A DNA stretch of 38,396 nucleotides from a virus (Duplodnaviria > Caudoviricetes), in IMG/VR virus record IMGVR_UViG_3300012667_000552, positions 1 to 38,396 of that record, one strand, 5' to 3'. The position numbers were made by a program, and so were the translations under genes. Position 1 is the first letter of the stretch. Each line of letters begins with the position of its first letter. Of the stretch, positions 7,851 through 16,641 are shown piece by piece. The notes below the pieces were generated by a model. The model made no database searches. It was not told the origin of the DNA and saw only the letters and a program-made list of their open reading frames with translations.

Positions 7851-8531
7851 ATGACTAAAGAAATTGCAAAAAAAGAAAGCACAGAACTATCTATGGAAAA
7901 CGACATTGGATTTTGGGGGCAAAACGAATCATCTTCCAATGATATTGTTATCCCTAAGATTCAATTAATGCAGGGTATGAGCCAAGCGGTTACTTCTGGC
8001 AAGGCAAAACTTGGAGATCTAGTAGATTCAGTAAGCGGGGAAATCATTGGCGACATTAACAAACCGCTGGAAGTAGTTCCATTTCACATGGAAAAATTTT
8101 TCATCGTCCAAAAGTTTAACGGAAAGAAGTTTCTCTATAATAGAATTGAGAAGATCACTCCACAAAATGAAAACGCTCCTTATGACTTTGAAGAGAAGGG
8201 TGTAAAGATGAAGCGTGTTTATACTCGTCGATTCTACGTTCTTACCAATGGAAACGTGCTTCCATATACAATTGACTTCGCTTCTACTTCTGCTAAAGCT
8301 GGCAAAGAACTAGCGACTGAAATGTTCGTGAAAAACGCCATGATGAAACTACCTCCGGCGGCTTCTAAGATTGCCGTGGGAGTAAAGATTGATAAGAACG
8401 AAGATGCCACTTACGCCGTGAAGACTGTAAAAGTTGTTGGTAAAACTTCACAAGAAGAAATCAAACAAGCGTTTGATTGGTACAAGACTGTTAGTAAATC
8501 AGCAGTATTGGACGCAGGATCGGAGTTTTAA
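7851..8531 (+). CDS. Putative ssDNA-binding/annealing protein
   Basis: DIVIPKIQLMQ N-terminal pattern, C-terminal Phe, position upstream of the polymerase. Confidence 0.55.
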   Translation: MTKEIAKKESTELSMENDIGFWGQNESSSNDIVIPKIQLMQGMSQAVTSGKAKLGDLVDSVSGEIIGDINKPLEVVPFHMEKFFIVQKFNGKKFLYNRIEKITPQNENAPYDFEEKGVKMKRVYTRRFYVLTNGNVLPYTIDFASTSAKAGKELATEMFVKNAMMKLPPAASKIAVGVKIDKNEDATYAVKTVKVVGKTSQEEIKQAFDWYKTVSKSAVLDAGSEF

Positions 8532-8699
8532 ATGAGCAAGATTAAAAAAGTTAAAGTAGACAAGAAAGTAAAAAATTCAAGTACTCTTTACATCCGCACA
8601 GTTTCAAAGGATGTTAAGAATAAGTTTTACGAAGTAGCAAAAAAGAGCAATCTACTTCCAAGAGAATTGTTTGAGAAGCTAGTAAACGAAGGTTTGTAA
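8532..8699 (+). CDS. Ribbon-helix-helix-like DNA-binding protein, 55 aa, not in ORF track
   Basis: TLYIRTVSKDVKNKFYEVAKKSNLLPRELFEKLV fits an Arc/CopG-like pattern; starts right after the upstream stop. Confidence 0.65.
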   Translation: MSKIKKVKVDKKVKNSSTLYIRTVSKDVKNKFYEVAKKSNLLPRELFEKLVNEGL

Positions 8700-8716
8700 T
8701 TTCCAAAAGGACGAGA

Positions 8717-10432
8717 ATGAAGAGTTATGTTTTTGACATTGAGGCGGACGGTTTACTTGATTCAGTAAAAAAGATCTGGTCAATTGTCTTGCACGATACA
8801 GAGACTAATGAATTATTCTCGTACTTTGGTGACAGTCTGCACGTCGGAATAAACAAGATACAGGAAGCCGACGTGTTGATTGGTCACAATATTATTTGCT
8901 TCGATGTTCCCGCTCTTGAAAAATTATATGGCATAAAAATTAAAGCTAAACTCTACGATACTCTTCTTCTATCCCGCATGGTATGGCCTGAGATTGCCAT
9001 AACCGCCGATGCCAAAAAGAAATATAACATACCTTCTCACTTGGTAGGCAGTTACTCACTCGAAGCCTTTGGTTATAGGGTAGGACATTTTAAATTAGAG
9101 CATACTGACTGGAGCGAATGGACTCCAAAGATGCAGGAATATTGTGAGCAGGACGTAAAAGTTAATACACGCTTATGGAAGTTAATCCAAGATAAACTTC
9201 CATCCGAGCAAAGCATTTATATCGAAACAGAGTTTCAAAAATATATCCATTTGCAAGAGCAGCATGGAGTTTATTTTGACGTGGACAAGGCCCTCTCTCT
9301 ACACAAACCACTACAAGAAAGAATTGTGGAGATCACAAGCAATTTAAGAGTTATCATTCCTGCCAAGGAAATAAAGCTTAAGAAGAGTATAAAATATACA
9401 GAGTTTAATCCTGGTAGTAGGCAACAAATAATTGAGTTTCTTTGCCATAAATATAACTGGAATCCTACGGTGTTTACGGAGAAAGGGAATCCCCAATTGT
9501 CAGAGGAAGTACTGGAAGCTTTACCTTATCCAGAGGCGAAGCTGTTTTCAGAATACTTTAAGACTCAAAAACTTCTTGGAATGTTATCCGACGGAGACAA
9601 GTCTTGGCTAAAGTTCGTTAAAGATGGAAGACTCCATGGAAGAGTTATTACAATCGGTGCGGTCACTGGACGCTGTACTCATAGCTCTCCTAACCTGGCA
9701 CAAATTCCAAGTGCTAGATCCTTTATGGGAAAGGAAGTGAGAGAGTTATTTTATGCCCCCGCAGGATACAAGATGATCGGGACCGACGCCAGTGGACTAG
9801 AGCTTCGATGTTTCAGTCATTACCTATTCCCATACGATAGCGGAGCGTACGCCAATGAAGTGCAATTCGGAGATGTTCATACTAGAAACCAGCAAGCCGC
9901 AGGACTAGAGACAAGGGATCTTGCCAAGACGTTTATCTATGCTCTTCTATATGGAGCAGGGGACGCAAAGCTTGGAAGCATTAAGTCATCCGGAACACAG
10001 GACCAGTTAAAGCAAGTTGGGTTTACCATGAGACATAGTTTTATGGACAAGGTTCCAGCTTATAAAAATCTAGTAAACTCAGTTAAACTTGCTATACAAA
10101 CCAGGGGTAAACAACTAATAGGAATTGATGGACGAACACTCCAGATAAGACACGAACACGCTGCCCTAAATACACTACTCCAGAACGCCGGTGCGGTAGC
10201 CGTTAAACTAGCTACGGTAAAATTTAGAGACAATATGATTAAAGCAGGGATAGAATTTGATCCATGCTTGCATATCCATGACGAATGGGAAATTTACGTG
10301 GACGAAAATGAATCAGAAAAAACAAAACAGATAGCCGTTGCATCCATCAAGGAAGCAGGGGAAGAATTAAACTTTAAATGTCCGCTAACAGGCGAGAGTC
10401 GAAGCGGCCAAAACTGGTATGAGGTACACTGA
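8717..10432 (+). CDS. Family A DNA polymerase with 3'-5' exonuclease (T7 gp5-like)
   Basis: FDIEADG, GHNIICFD, YCEQDV exonuclease motifs; DASGLELR, RDLAKTFIYALLYG, HDE. Confidence 0.97.
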   Translation: MKSYVFDIEADGLLDSVKKIWSIVLHDTETNELFSYFGDSLHVGINKIQEADVLIGHNIICFDVPALEKLYGIKIKAKLYDTLLLSRMVWPEIAITADAKKKYNIPSHLVGSYSLEAFGYRVGHFKLEHTDWSEWTPKMQEYCEQDVKVNTRLWKLIQDKLPSEQSIYIETEFQKYIHLQEQHGVYFDVDKALSLHKPLQERIVEITSNLRVIIPAKEIKLKKSIKYTEFNPGSRQQIIEFLCHKYNWNPTVFTEKGNPQLSEEVLEALPYPEAKLFSEYFKTQKLLGMLSDGDKSWLKFVKDGRLHGRVITIGAVTGRCTHSSPNLAQIPSARSFMGKEVRELFYAPAGYKMIGTDASGLELRCFSHYLFPYDSGAYANEVQFGDVHTRNQQAAGLETRDLAKTFIYALLYGAGDAKLGSIKSSGTQDQLKQVGFTMRHSFMDKVPAYKNLVNSVKLAIQTRGKQLIGIDGRTLQIRHEHAALNTLLQNAGAVAVKLATVKFRDNMIKAGIEFDPCLHIHDEWEIYVDENESEKTKQIAVASIKEAGEELNFKCPLTGESRSGQNWYEVH

Positions 10433-11349
10433 TGAATGTTTTGTCATTGTTTGATGGAATGTCTTGCGGTCAAATTGCTCTTAAGAAACTAAACATAAGT
10501 GTTGATAATTATTTTGCTTCTGAAGTTGATAAGTATGCAATAAAAGTTAGCTCTGAAAATTTTCCTAACACAATTTATTTGGGCGATGTGGCAAAGATTG
10601 ATTTCAAATCATTGCCTAAAATTGATCTACTTATTGGCGGCTCACCATGCCAAGGATTCAGCTTTGCAGGGAAGCAACTAAATTTTAATGATCCAAGATC
10701 AGCATTATTTTTTGAATTTGTCAGAGCTCTAAAGGAAACAAAGCCAAAATATTTCATGCTTGAAAATGTTGTAATGAAACAAGAATTTAAAGATGCAATA
10801 AGTGAACAATTAGGAATTAATCCAGTAAGAATTGAGAGTTCATATTTTTCTGCCCAAAAAAGATCTAGATTGTATTGGACTAATATTGAAATTGAACCAT
10901 ATCAAGACAAGGGAATTGTCCTATCTAATATAATTGAGCATGGTTTAGTTGATAGAGACAAATCTTACTGCATTGATGCTAACTATTTCAAAGGAACTAA
11001 TCTTGAACAATATTTGACTAAAAAAAGAAGGCAAGTTGTTTTTGAAAAATCAGATAAACCAATTAGGTTGGGAGCTCTATCAAAATCAATGGGTAGTCGA
11101 GTTTATCATGAGTCAGGTAAATCAATTTGCCTTTCGGCGCAAGGTGGTGGATTGGGAGCCAAAACAGGCTTGTACCATGATGATTATTGCATCAGAAAGC
11201 TAACAGTTTTAGAGTGCAAAAGACTCCAGACTGTACCAGATGATTACCTAATGAATGTGTCCAACACTCAGGCCTATAAGATGCTTGGAAACGGATGGAC
11301 TGTGGACGTTATTGCACATATCTTAAAAGGAATAAAACATGGATCTTAA
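10432..11349 (+). CDS. C5 DNA cytosine methyltransferase
   Basis: LFDGMSCG, GGSPCQ, ENV, QKRSR, GNGW motifs. Confidence 0.95.
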   Translation: MNVLSLFDGMSCGQIALKKLNISVDNYFASEVDKYAIKVSSENFPNTIYLGDVAKIDFKSLPKIDLLIGGSPCQGFSFAGKQLNFNDPRSALFFEFVRALKETKPKYFMLENVVMKQEFKDAISEQLGINPVRIESSYFSAQKRSRLYWTNIEIEPYQDKGIVLSNIIEHGLVDRDKSYCIDANYFKGTNLEQYLTKKRRQVVFEKSDKPIRLGALSKSMGSRVYHESGKSICLSAQGGGLGAKTGLYHDDYCIRKLTVLECKRLQTVPDDYLMNVSNTQAYKMLGNGWTVDVIAHILKGIKHGS

Positions 11350-11689
11350 GCAACACGGACTATTAAGCCCATCGGACACCGAAGTTATTTTTATCAATAA
11401 CTTCTCAGTAGAATTTTTAAAGAAACTAGAGAAAGATCCAATGGGAGCTAAGGACGTTTACAACCGTATCGTTCGCCCCTATATGGAAGCCCAGCTCGCC
11501 ACGGTTAGAATCTTGGATGACCAGATACAGGGGTGCATTGAACAAAATGCGTTGCTACTCCGTTCTAACGCTGTTCTAATAGATCAATGTAAAAAGCATA
11601 GTGTACCTATGCCTAACTTTGATGAAATGGCAAAAGATGTTAGAGCGGAACTTCAAGCGGAAAGTGATCTCGGTATTAAAAGATATTAA
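11339..11689 (+). CDS. Hypothetical protein
   Basis: ORF track; AAGGA SD; overlaps the methylase stop. Confidence 0.7.
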   Translation: MDLKQHGLLSPSDTEVIFINNFSVEFLKKLEKDPMGAKDVYNRIVRPYMEAQLATVRILDDQIQGCIEQNALLLRSNAVLIDQCKKHSVPMPNFDEMAKDVRAELQAESDLGIKRY

Positions 11690-11933
11690 CGGACTATACT
11701 ACTTCGTTAAGGAAGCCGCCGCTATCCGTGGGATACCTGATATAATCATCTGCTACAAAGGACGCTTTGTAGCATGGGAGTTGAAGCGGTCCCAAAAGGT
11801 AGCGGAATCATGGAGGGACGGTCACGAACTCCAGAAATACAATATCAAAAAGATCGGTGACTCCGGCGGGATTGCCAGGATAGTTTATCCAGAAAACTTT
11901 AAGGAATGTTTAGAGGAGCTGATGAACCTTTGA
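11637..11933 (+). CDS. VRR-NUC / Holliday junction resolvase-like nuclease
   Basis: E..F, GIPDII, AWELK, Q...I..I...GG PD-(D/E)XK pattern. Confidence 0.85.
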   Translation: MLERNFKRKVISVLKDINGLYYFVKEAAAIRGIPDIIICYKGRFVAWELKRSQKVAESWRDGHELQKYNIKKIGDSGGIARIVYPENFKECLEELMNL

Positions 11934-11956
11934 TATAATATCCGTGAGAGGTACTC

Positions 11957-12193
11957 ATGGAGATATTAGAGTTTCCCATCAATCATAACCATATCCAAAA
12001 CCGAGTTGACGGTTTTCACGAATGGTTGAACCAATTATCTCCAGAGCAATTAGATTCTATAATGTGCGACATTGAACAGTACCTACTAGACGCTGCTGCC
12101 AATATGGAAAACCAGGAAATGGATTCTATGGATGCAATTCAAGCGGCGGTTCGTGTTTCCGAATCTCGTTGGTGGATAGCTCACCTGTATTAG
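11957..12193 (+). CDS. Hypothetical acidic protein
   Basis: GAGG SD; extended -10 TGaTATAAT at 11931-11939. Confidence 0.65.
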   Translation: MEILEFPINHNHIQNRVDGFHEWLNQLSPEQLDSIMCDIEQYLLDAAANMENQEMDSMDAIQAAVRVSESRWWIAHLY

Positions 12194-12569
12194 CATGAAG
12201 AAGATTCCATGCTTCCTTGTACTTATCATACCTACAACTATCAAGCTCAGGATGCAGACATACCTTTGGAGATACTACGTCGAATGGAAGAATATACCAG
12301 ATGTTAAGTTTAATAATGTGAATCGCAAAAAAATCGCAGTCACCTTTCTTATATTTTTCTTTTTGGGAGCAGCCATTTCTTAAGGATATTTGCCAGGATG
12401 TTTTATTAAAATGATTGGTAGATTTAATTTGTATCTTTAGAATCTGTTTCCCATTGTCGATAATGCAGTCATATTTCTCAACAAACAAAGGACGTGAAAC
12501 GCTCAGGCCTTTACGGACTGCCCTTGCTAGAAATTCTATCTCAGAAACATTCCCTTGTTCTTGCGACAT
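12126..12569 (-). CDS. Free-standing PD-(D/E)XK endonuclease (PDDEXK_5 / I-Ssp6803I-like)
   Basis: G..SE, YDCIID, KIQIKS, CDFFAI..WYILP, KYKEAW pattern. Confidence 0.8.
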   Translation of the reverse strand: MSQEQGNVSEIEFLARAVRKGLSVSRPLFVEKYDCIIDNGKQILKIQIKSTNHFNKTSWQISLRNGCSQKEKYKKGDCDFFAIHIIKLNIWYILPFDVVSPKVCLHPELDSCRYDKYKEAWNLLHANTGELSTNEIRKHEPPLELHP

Positions 12570-12583
12570 ATAGGAATATTTTC

Positions 12584-12754
12584 CTACTTGCCTTTAATTC
12601 TATCAATGATTAATTTGATCTTTTTTGCCAATAAAACGTCATTATTTGCCTGTGCCTGGTACAGGGTATTTTGCAATCTTTCGAGTGATTCCTGCTTTAA
12701 TCTTTCAGGATTAGGGACTTTACGGTCCTTGTCTTTTGATGAAGCCAAAGTCAT
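12584..12754 (-). CDS. Small hypothetical protein, 56 aa, not in ORF track
   Basis: Open frame MTLASSKD...IKGK filling the gap between lysis genes and endonuclease. Confidence 0.45.
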   Translation of the reverse strand: MTLASSKDKDRKVPNPERLKQESLERLQNTLYQAQANNDVLLAKKIKLIIDRIKGK

Positions 12755-13067
12755 TGTCCTTAAAAAATTTTATTGCTTCTTTATCAGTGAACTTGAAAGT
12801 AATTTTTTTTCTTTCCCACTTAAGACAAATGATAAATCTCTTCGTACATTCACGCCACGAATAATAAATCCCTGACAAGTCTTTCTCGATTGGAAAGAAC
12901 GCCTTATCATAAGGCATAGGAATATGAGGCATAGTAAAAGCCAATGAATTAGATTCACTTTTTACCAGGGAATTGTACGAAACTTTGGGAGATGATTCTA
13001 AGGTTGAGCAGCTTATCATCAAGAAAAAACTGAGAACGCTCATCTTCTGGCTTAGATAGCTCTTCAT
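12720..13067 (-). CDS. Lipoprotein, putative o-spanin (Rz1-like)
   Basis: Hydrophobic stretch plus lipobox-like LMISC; overlaps the upstream gene in another frame; start uncertain. Confidence 0.6.
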   Translation of the reverse strand: MKSYLSQKMSVLSFFLMISCSTLESSPKVSYNSLVKSESNSLAFTMPHIPMPYDKAFFPIEKDLSGIYYSWRECTKRFIICLKWERKKITFKFTDKEAIKFFKDNDFGFIKRQGP

Positions 13068-13176
13068 AATATTCCTTCTCAAGCTGGATTACTTTATCAA
13101 GATACTTCTGTCCTTCCTTGGTATTCCAAAGTTTTAAACCTTCTTTAAGAACACCAAGGTAAAGACTAAGATCCAT
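12955..13176 (-). CDS. Lysis-cassette protein, putative i-spanin (Rz-like)
   Basis: Position and overlap with the lipoprotein gene; helical; only weakly hydrophobic N-terminus. Confidence 0.45.
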   Translation of the reverse strand: MDLSLYLGVLKEGLKLWNTKEGQKYLDKVIQLEKEYYEELSKPEDERSQFFLDDKLLNLRIISQSFVQFPGKK

Positions 13177-13319
13177 TATTTACCTGAGATTTTTTTAATC
13201 AGGATAACCAATAACTGGAAAATGCTGTTTGCTTTAATGCTTGGGATAAGTGCCAAAACTTCTGACAAGCTTAAGAGAAACAACAAGATAACGCCTTGGT
13301 TTGCAAGAATAACTTCCAT
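13176..13319 (-). CDS. Holin-like small membrane protein, 47 aa, not in ORF track
   Basis: MEVILANQGVILLFLLSLSEVLALIPSIKANSIFQLLVILIKKISGK; GGAGG SD; follows the endolysin. Confidence 0.75.
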   Translation of the reverse strand: MEVILANQGVILLFLLSLSEVLALIPSIKANSIFQLLVILIKKISGK

Positions 13320-13327
13320 AAATCCTC

Positions 13328-13705
13328 CTATGATTTTTTAACTTGGACATGGATATGATCTCCTGCCCCTACATTGTGTCTTAAGATAAGATTAGGCTCG
13401 CCAGTCTTTAAAGATATGGCGGCTTCGTTCCTGTATATCCTTTCAAATTTTTCCTCGAAAGTCTTCAAAAATTCCTGCGGAAGACCGTGGACTCTAATAT
13501 CTGCGGCCCTTCCTTCTCTGTGAGAACTAGAAACTCTTTTGAGTTTTCGGTCTTCTTGGATCTCTGAAAACAAATCTGTGATAACAAAGTCATGCCCATT
13601 GGCATTAAAGTAAGATGCCATATCTAAAAGAATAAACTTTAAGACTGCTTTAATCTTATCAAACTCTGCTTTTTCTTTATCGGTTTTAAATTTAATTAAT
13701 GCCAT
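13328..13705 (-). CDS. Endolysin, M15-family zinc peptidase (start revised to 13705)
   Basis: SSSHREGRAAD and DHIHVQ zinc-binding motifs; flanked by membrane proteins. Confidence 0.85.
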   Translation of the reverse strand: MALIKFKTDKEKAEFDKIKAVLKFILLDMASYFNANGHDFVITDLFSEIQEDRKLKRVSSSHREGRAADIRVHGLPQEFLKTFEEKFERIYRNEAAISLKTGEPNLILRHNVGAGDHIHVQVKKS

Positions 13706-13706
13706 A

Positions 13707-13874
13707 TTAGTGCAATTTATTCCAAAGATAAGAAGCAAGTGCCCCGATAAAAGAACTAAAACCAGCAACTTTTATTTTAAGACTCACCATTTCAGACTTA
13801 ATCTCAGATACTTCTTTGCGGATTTCTTTGATCTCATCGAACAAATGCTGTCTCCATTCCTGGTCGTTGTTCAT
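13707..13874 (-). CDS. Coiled-coil plus C-terminal TM protein, 55 aa (holin/XhlA-like), not in ORF track
   Basis: MNNDQEWRQHLFDEIKEIRKEV...VAGFSSFIGALASYLWNKLH; exactly fills the gap. Confidence 0.7.
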   Translation of the reverse strand: MNNDQEWRQHLFDEIKEIRKEVSEIKSEMVSLKIKVAGFSSFIGALASYLWNKLH

Positions 13875-13876
13875 AC

Positions 13877-14389
13877 CTACCCTAGAGCAGCTATAACCGC
13901 TGCCTTGTCTTCTTCTGTTACTAAATGTCCGTCTGCTGGAAAAGCATTGATTGAAGCAATAGCTACCCCAATAGAGCCGGTCGAAAGTGTAGCAAGAATT
14001 GTGCTGATCTGTGGGTTAGAAAAGAGTGAAGCAAGCTCAGAACTTGTAAGACCCTTAGCTTTTACTCTTACCTTGAACACAGCTAGAGCTTTAATTCCCT
14101 TAGCAATCTCGGCCTGAGCAGCTTTTACTGCATGGTTAAACTCTACTTCTGCTGTAATATCGATGTACTCAGTAGTAAAGTCGGCAGGATATTTGTGAAG
14201 ATTCCCTGCTAACCATAACTCTAGCTCAGCATCTTCGCCTTCAGTTTGGCCGATTACTTCGATGTGAGAGACTTCCAACTGCTCAGGTACAGCTTCAATT
14301 GCTGGTTCCGTTTCAGTAGCTTCTACTGCTTCAATAGCAGGAGAGTAAGGAATGTCGATGACTTTAGATTTGATTAATAGTTTTTTCAT
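13877..14389 (-). CDS. Fibre-associated protein (chaperone/assembly-like)
   Basis: Directly downstream of the fibre gene; PAIEAV repeat. Confidence 0.55.
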   Translation of the reverse strand: MKKLLIKSKVIDIPYSPAIEAVEATETEPAIEAVPEQLEVSHIEVIGQTEGEDAELELWLAGNLHKYPADFTTEYIDITAEVEFNHAVKAAQAEIAKGIKALAVFKVRVKAKGLTSSELASLFSNPQISTILATLSTGSIGVAIASINAFPADGHLVTEEDKAAVIAALG

Positions 14390-16632
14390 TTCTTAGCTCC
14401 AGTACAAAAATAAGCCCTATCAGAAGATATTGACCCTCCTGCTGTATTTGATACGCCCCCACTCATACTAGTTGTCCCCGTAACTGTGACAAGAGCATCT
14501 AGTCCAGTAGTCGTAGTTTTTGACCAGCAGTTTGGTTGTTGTGCCCAATAGTTAGTAGTAAAAGTACAAACTGGAGTAGTTGCATTTGTACAAGACGAGA
14601 AACACCCGCCATATTGTTGAGATAAAACCCCTGTAGAAGATACTTGAGCAGAACATAAAACTGCGTTTGTAAGGCCGGGAGTCATTAGACTCTGGTCGTT
14701 TGCGACTGCCTTAGCTGTCTTACCTATGTAATCTGCACCTTGTTTTTGGCAGATTATTTCAACAGCCTGAGATAAAGCACTTGAACCATCACTTGTCCTA
14801 TAAACCAATTGAGAGCTACTAGAAGTGGTATATTTTGAGACTTGACCTGTTGATGTTTGAGCTAACATAACGCTACAATTCGGATTTTGTGTAAATATTC
14901 CAGAATTAAAACTGCAAGTATAAACTGCTGATGAGTTAGTACATCCACTTAACCAATCAACATTTTCTCCTGAGATTACTGCAGCAGCACTAACCTTAGC
15001 CGAAAAAGTGTCAGTACAATCAAGAGTAGAGGCACAGCTTTCTAAACCATTAAATTGACCGATAATAATGTTAGAGTTCTGCCATCCTTCGATTGGTATG
15101 CGTACATGAAAAGAAACTTTTTGAGATGAAGAAACTATTGCGTTTCCTTGAGCTTTAGTTAAACTTCCCACAGTAGACACTTGCCTTCCAAAAACAAAGT
15201 ATGAAACAGATGGCTCGATTAATGCTTGTACTCTAAAAAATAAAGTTGAAAAATAATCACTAGCTGCGTCACCTGCTATTTGTAAACTTGGTATAAGTGA
15301 AGAATTTGAACTAATTAATTGAACCCCACCCCATACAGGCAAAGAAACCCTAGCCTCCGTAGCTGTTGGAGTACCTGCTGTAAACTTACCTTTCATCAAC
15401 AAATCAGAACCTTGTCTTTTACACTGAGTTTCAATAGCTGAAACAGTACCAAACCCTATAAACGATGCCGTAGTATGGTTACATGAAACCCAATCTGTAT
15501 CGGCATTAGCTGAAGAGTATGTAGAGAAAGAAGTATAGTACTCTAATTGAAATTTAGTCCCTCTCGTGGCAGAGCCAGACGTATTGTTTTCAATGTTAAT
15601 TAGTGAAGTAGAAGATGCCCCATAAAGAGAGAAAGTTCTATCACCTGCTACACCGTAGTGAAACGTACACGATACTACACCTTGACCCGAGTCCGTGTTA
15701 CTATGGACGTTTACAGCGTCACAAGTAGTAGTCCCATCGTTAATTGCTAATGAGTTTTGAGCTGCTGCCGATGAATACAAAGGGACGTAAAATGTCGCTT
15801 TATAAACCCCAGCAGGAAGAGAATTAATTGTAATCTGTGGGAGGTTAGCATCGGTTGTCTGCCAATCACCTACATATTCTTTAACAATTGTAGGGCCGGG
15901 ACAAGCGTTAGTAGAAGCAAATGCTCCAATGACAGCATTGTTTCTAAACCAAATACAAGAAGAAGTAGGAGGAAATACTGCTTCTCCTGCAATTCTTGAA
16001 GCGTCTGTTACAGCAGTTACTTCCATTGCACCCACGAACGCATCGTCAAGATACACAGTACCAGTACCAGAGTCGACAAATATATTGATACCATTTGACG
16101 TAGCTCCAAGGACAAATGGAATTTTGTAAACGTGCCATTGGTTGTCTAGGCTAGAGTTAAGACAATTCGTAGCTGAAACAATTCCTGCTTCTACTGTACA
16201 AATTACAACTAGAACGTCTGTCTTAATTCGGATACTAGCAACACCCTGAGTAGTGCCTCCAAACTGAGAAGCGTACAGGGTAGAAGTCTGAGTTAAGTTT
16301 ACATCGTTAGCAGAAAGCTCAATTTTAAGAGATTTTTTCCCGTCGATAACTACTGTAGTTTCAGCAGACTTGGTATTAGTCGAAGCATCCGTCCAACCAA
16401 AACCTACCGTAGGATGTTCAAAACTTGGGTTTTCCAAAAGGTTTTTGTTTCCAGTTTCCATTAGCGCAGTAGCACCAGATATTTTGGTGATCTGTTTATT
16501 CGGAGCCTGGATAAAAGATCCTACCGATTTAGTAGATTGATGCTGGCCTTGGAGTAATGCCGGAGCGTCCCCTTGACCAAAACTTAAATCCGTAAAAATA
16601 ACACAAAATAATAAAACTAAAATATGTCTCAT
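14386..16632 (-). CDS. Fibre/adhesin-like protein with signal peptide, CBM-like domain and Cys-rich C-terminal repeats
   Basis: MRHILVLLFCVIFTDLSFG signal-like N-terminus; NLLENPSFE..GW..DGKKSLKI; S/T/G-rich; tail-module position. Confidence 0.7.
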   Translation of the reverse strand: MRHILVLLFCVIFTDLSFGQGDAPALLQGQHQSTKSVGSFIQAPNKQITKISGATALMETGNKNLLENPSFEHPTVGFGWTDASTNTKSAETTVVIDGKKSLKIELSANDVNLTQTSTLYASQFGGTTQGVASIRIKTDVLVVICTVEAGIVSATNCLNSSLDNQWHVYKIPFVLGATSNGINIFVDSGTGTVYLDDAFVGAMEVTAVTDASRIAGEAVFPPTSSCIWFRNNAVIGAFASTNACPGPTIVKEYVGDWQTTDANLPQITINSLPAGVYKATFYVPLYSSAAAQNSLAINDGTTTCDAVNVHSNTDSGQGVVSCTFHYGVAGDRTFSLYGASSTSLINIENNTSGSATRGTKFQLEYYTSFSTYSSANADTDWVSCNHTTASFIGFGTVSAIETQCKRQGSDLLMKGKFTAGTPTATEARVSLPVWGGVQLISSNSSLIPSLQIAGDAASDYFSTLFFRVQALIEPSVSYFVFGRQVSTVGSLTKAQGNAIVSSSQKVSFHVRIPIEGWQNSNIIIGQFNGLESCASTLDCTDTFSAKVSAAAVISGENVDWLSGCTNSSAVYTCSFNSGIFTQNPNCSVMLAQTSTGQVSKYTTSSSSQLVYRTSDGSSALSQAVEIICQKQGADYIGKTAKAVANDQSLMTPGLTNAVLCSAQVSSTGVLSQQYGGCFSSCTNATTPVCTFTTNYWAQQPNCWSKTTTTGLDALVTVTGTTSMSGGVSNTAGGSISSDRAYFCTGAKK

Positions 16633-16641
16633 AACGTCCCC

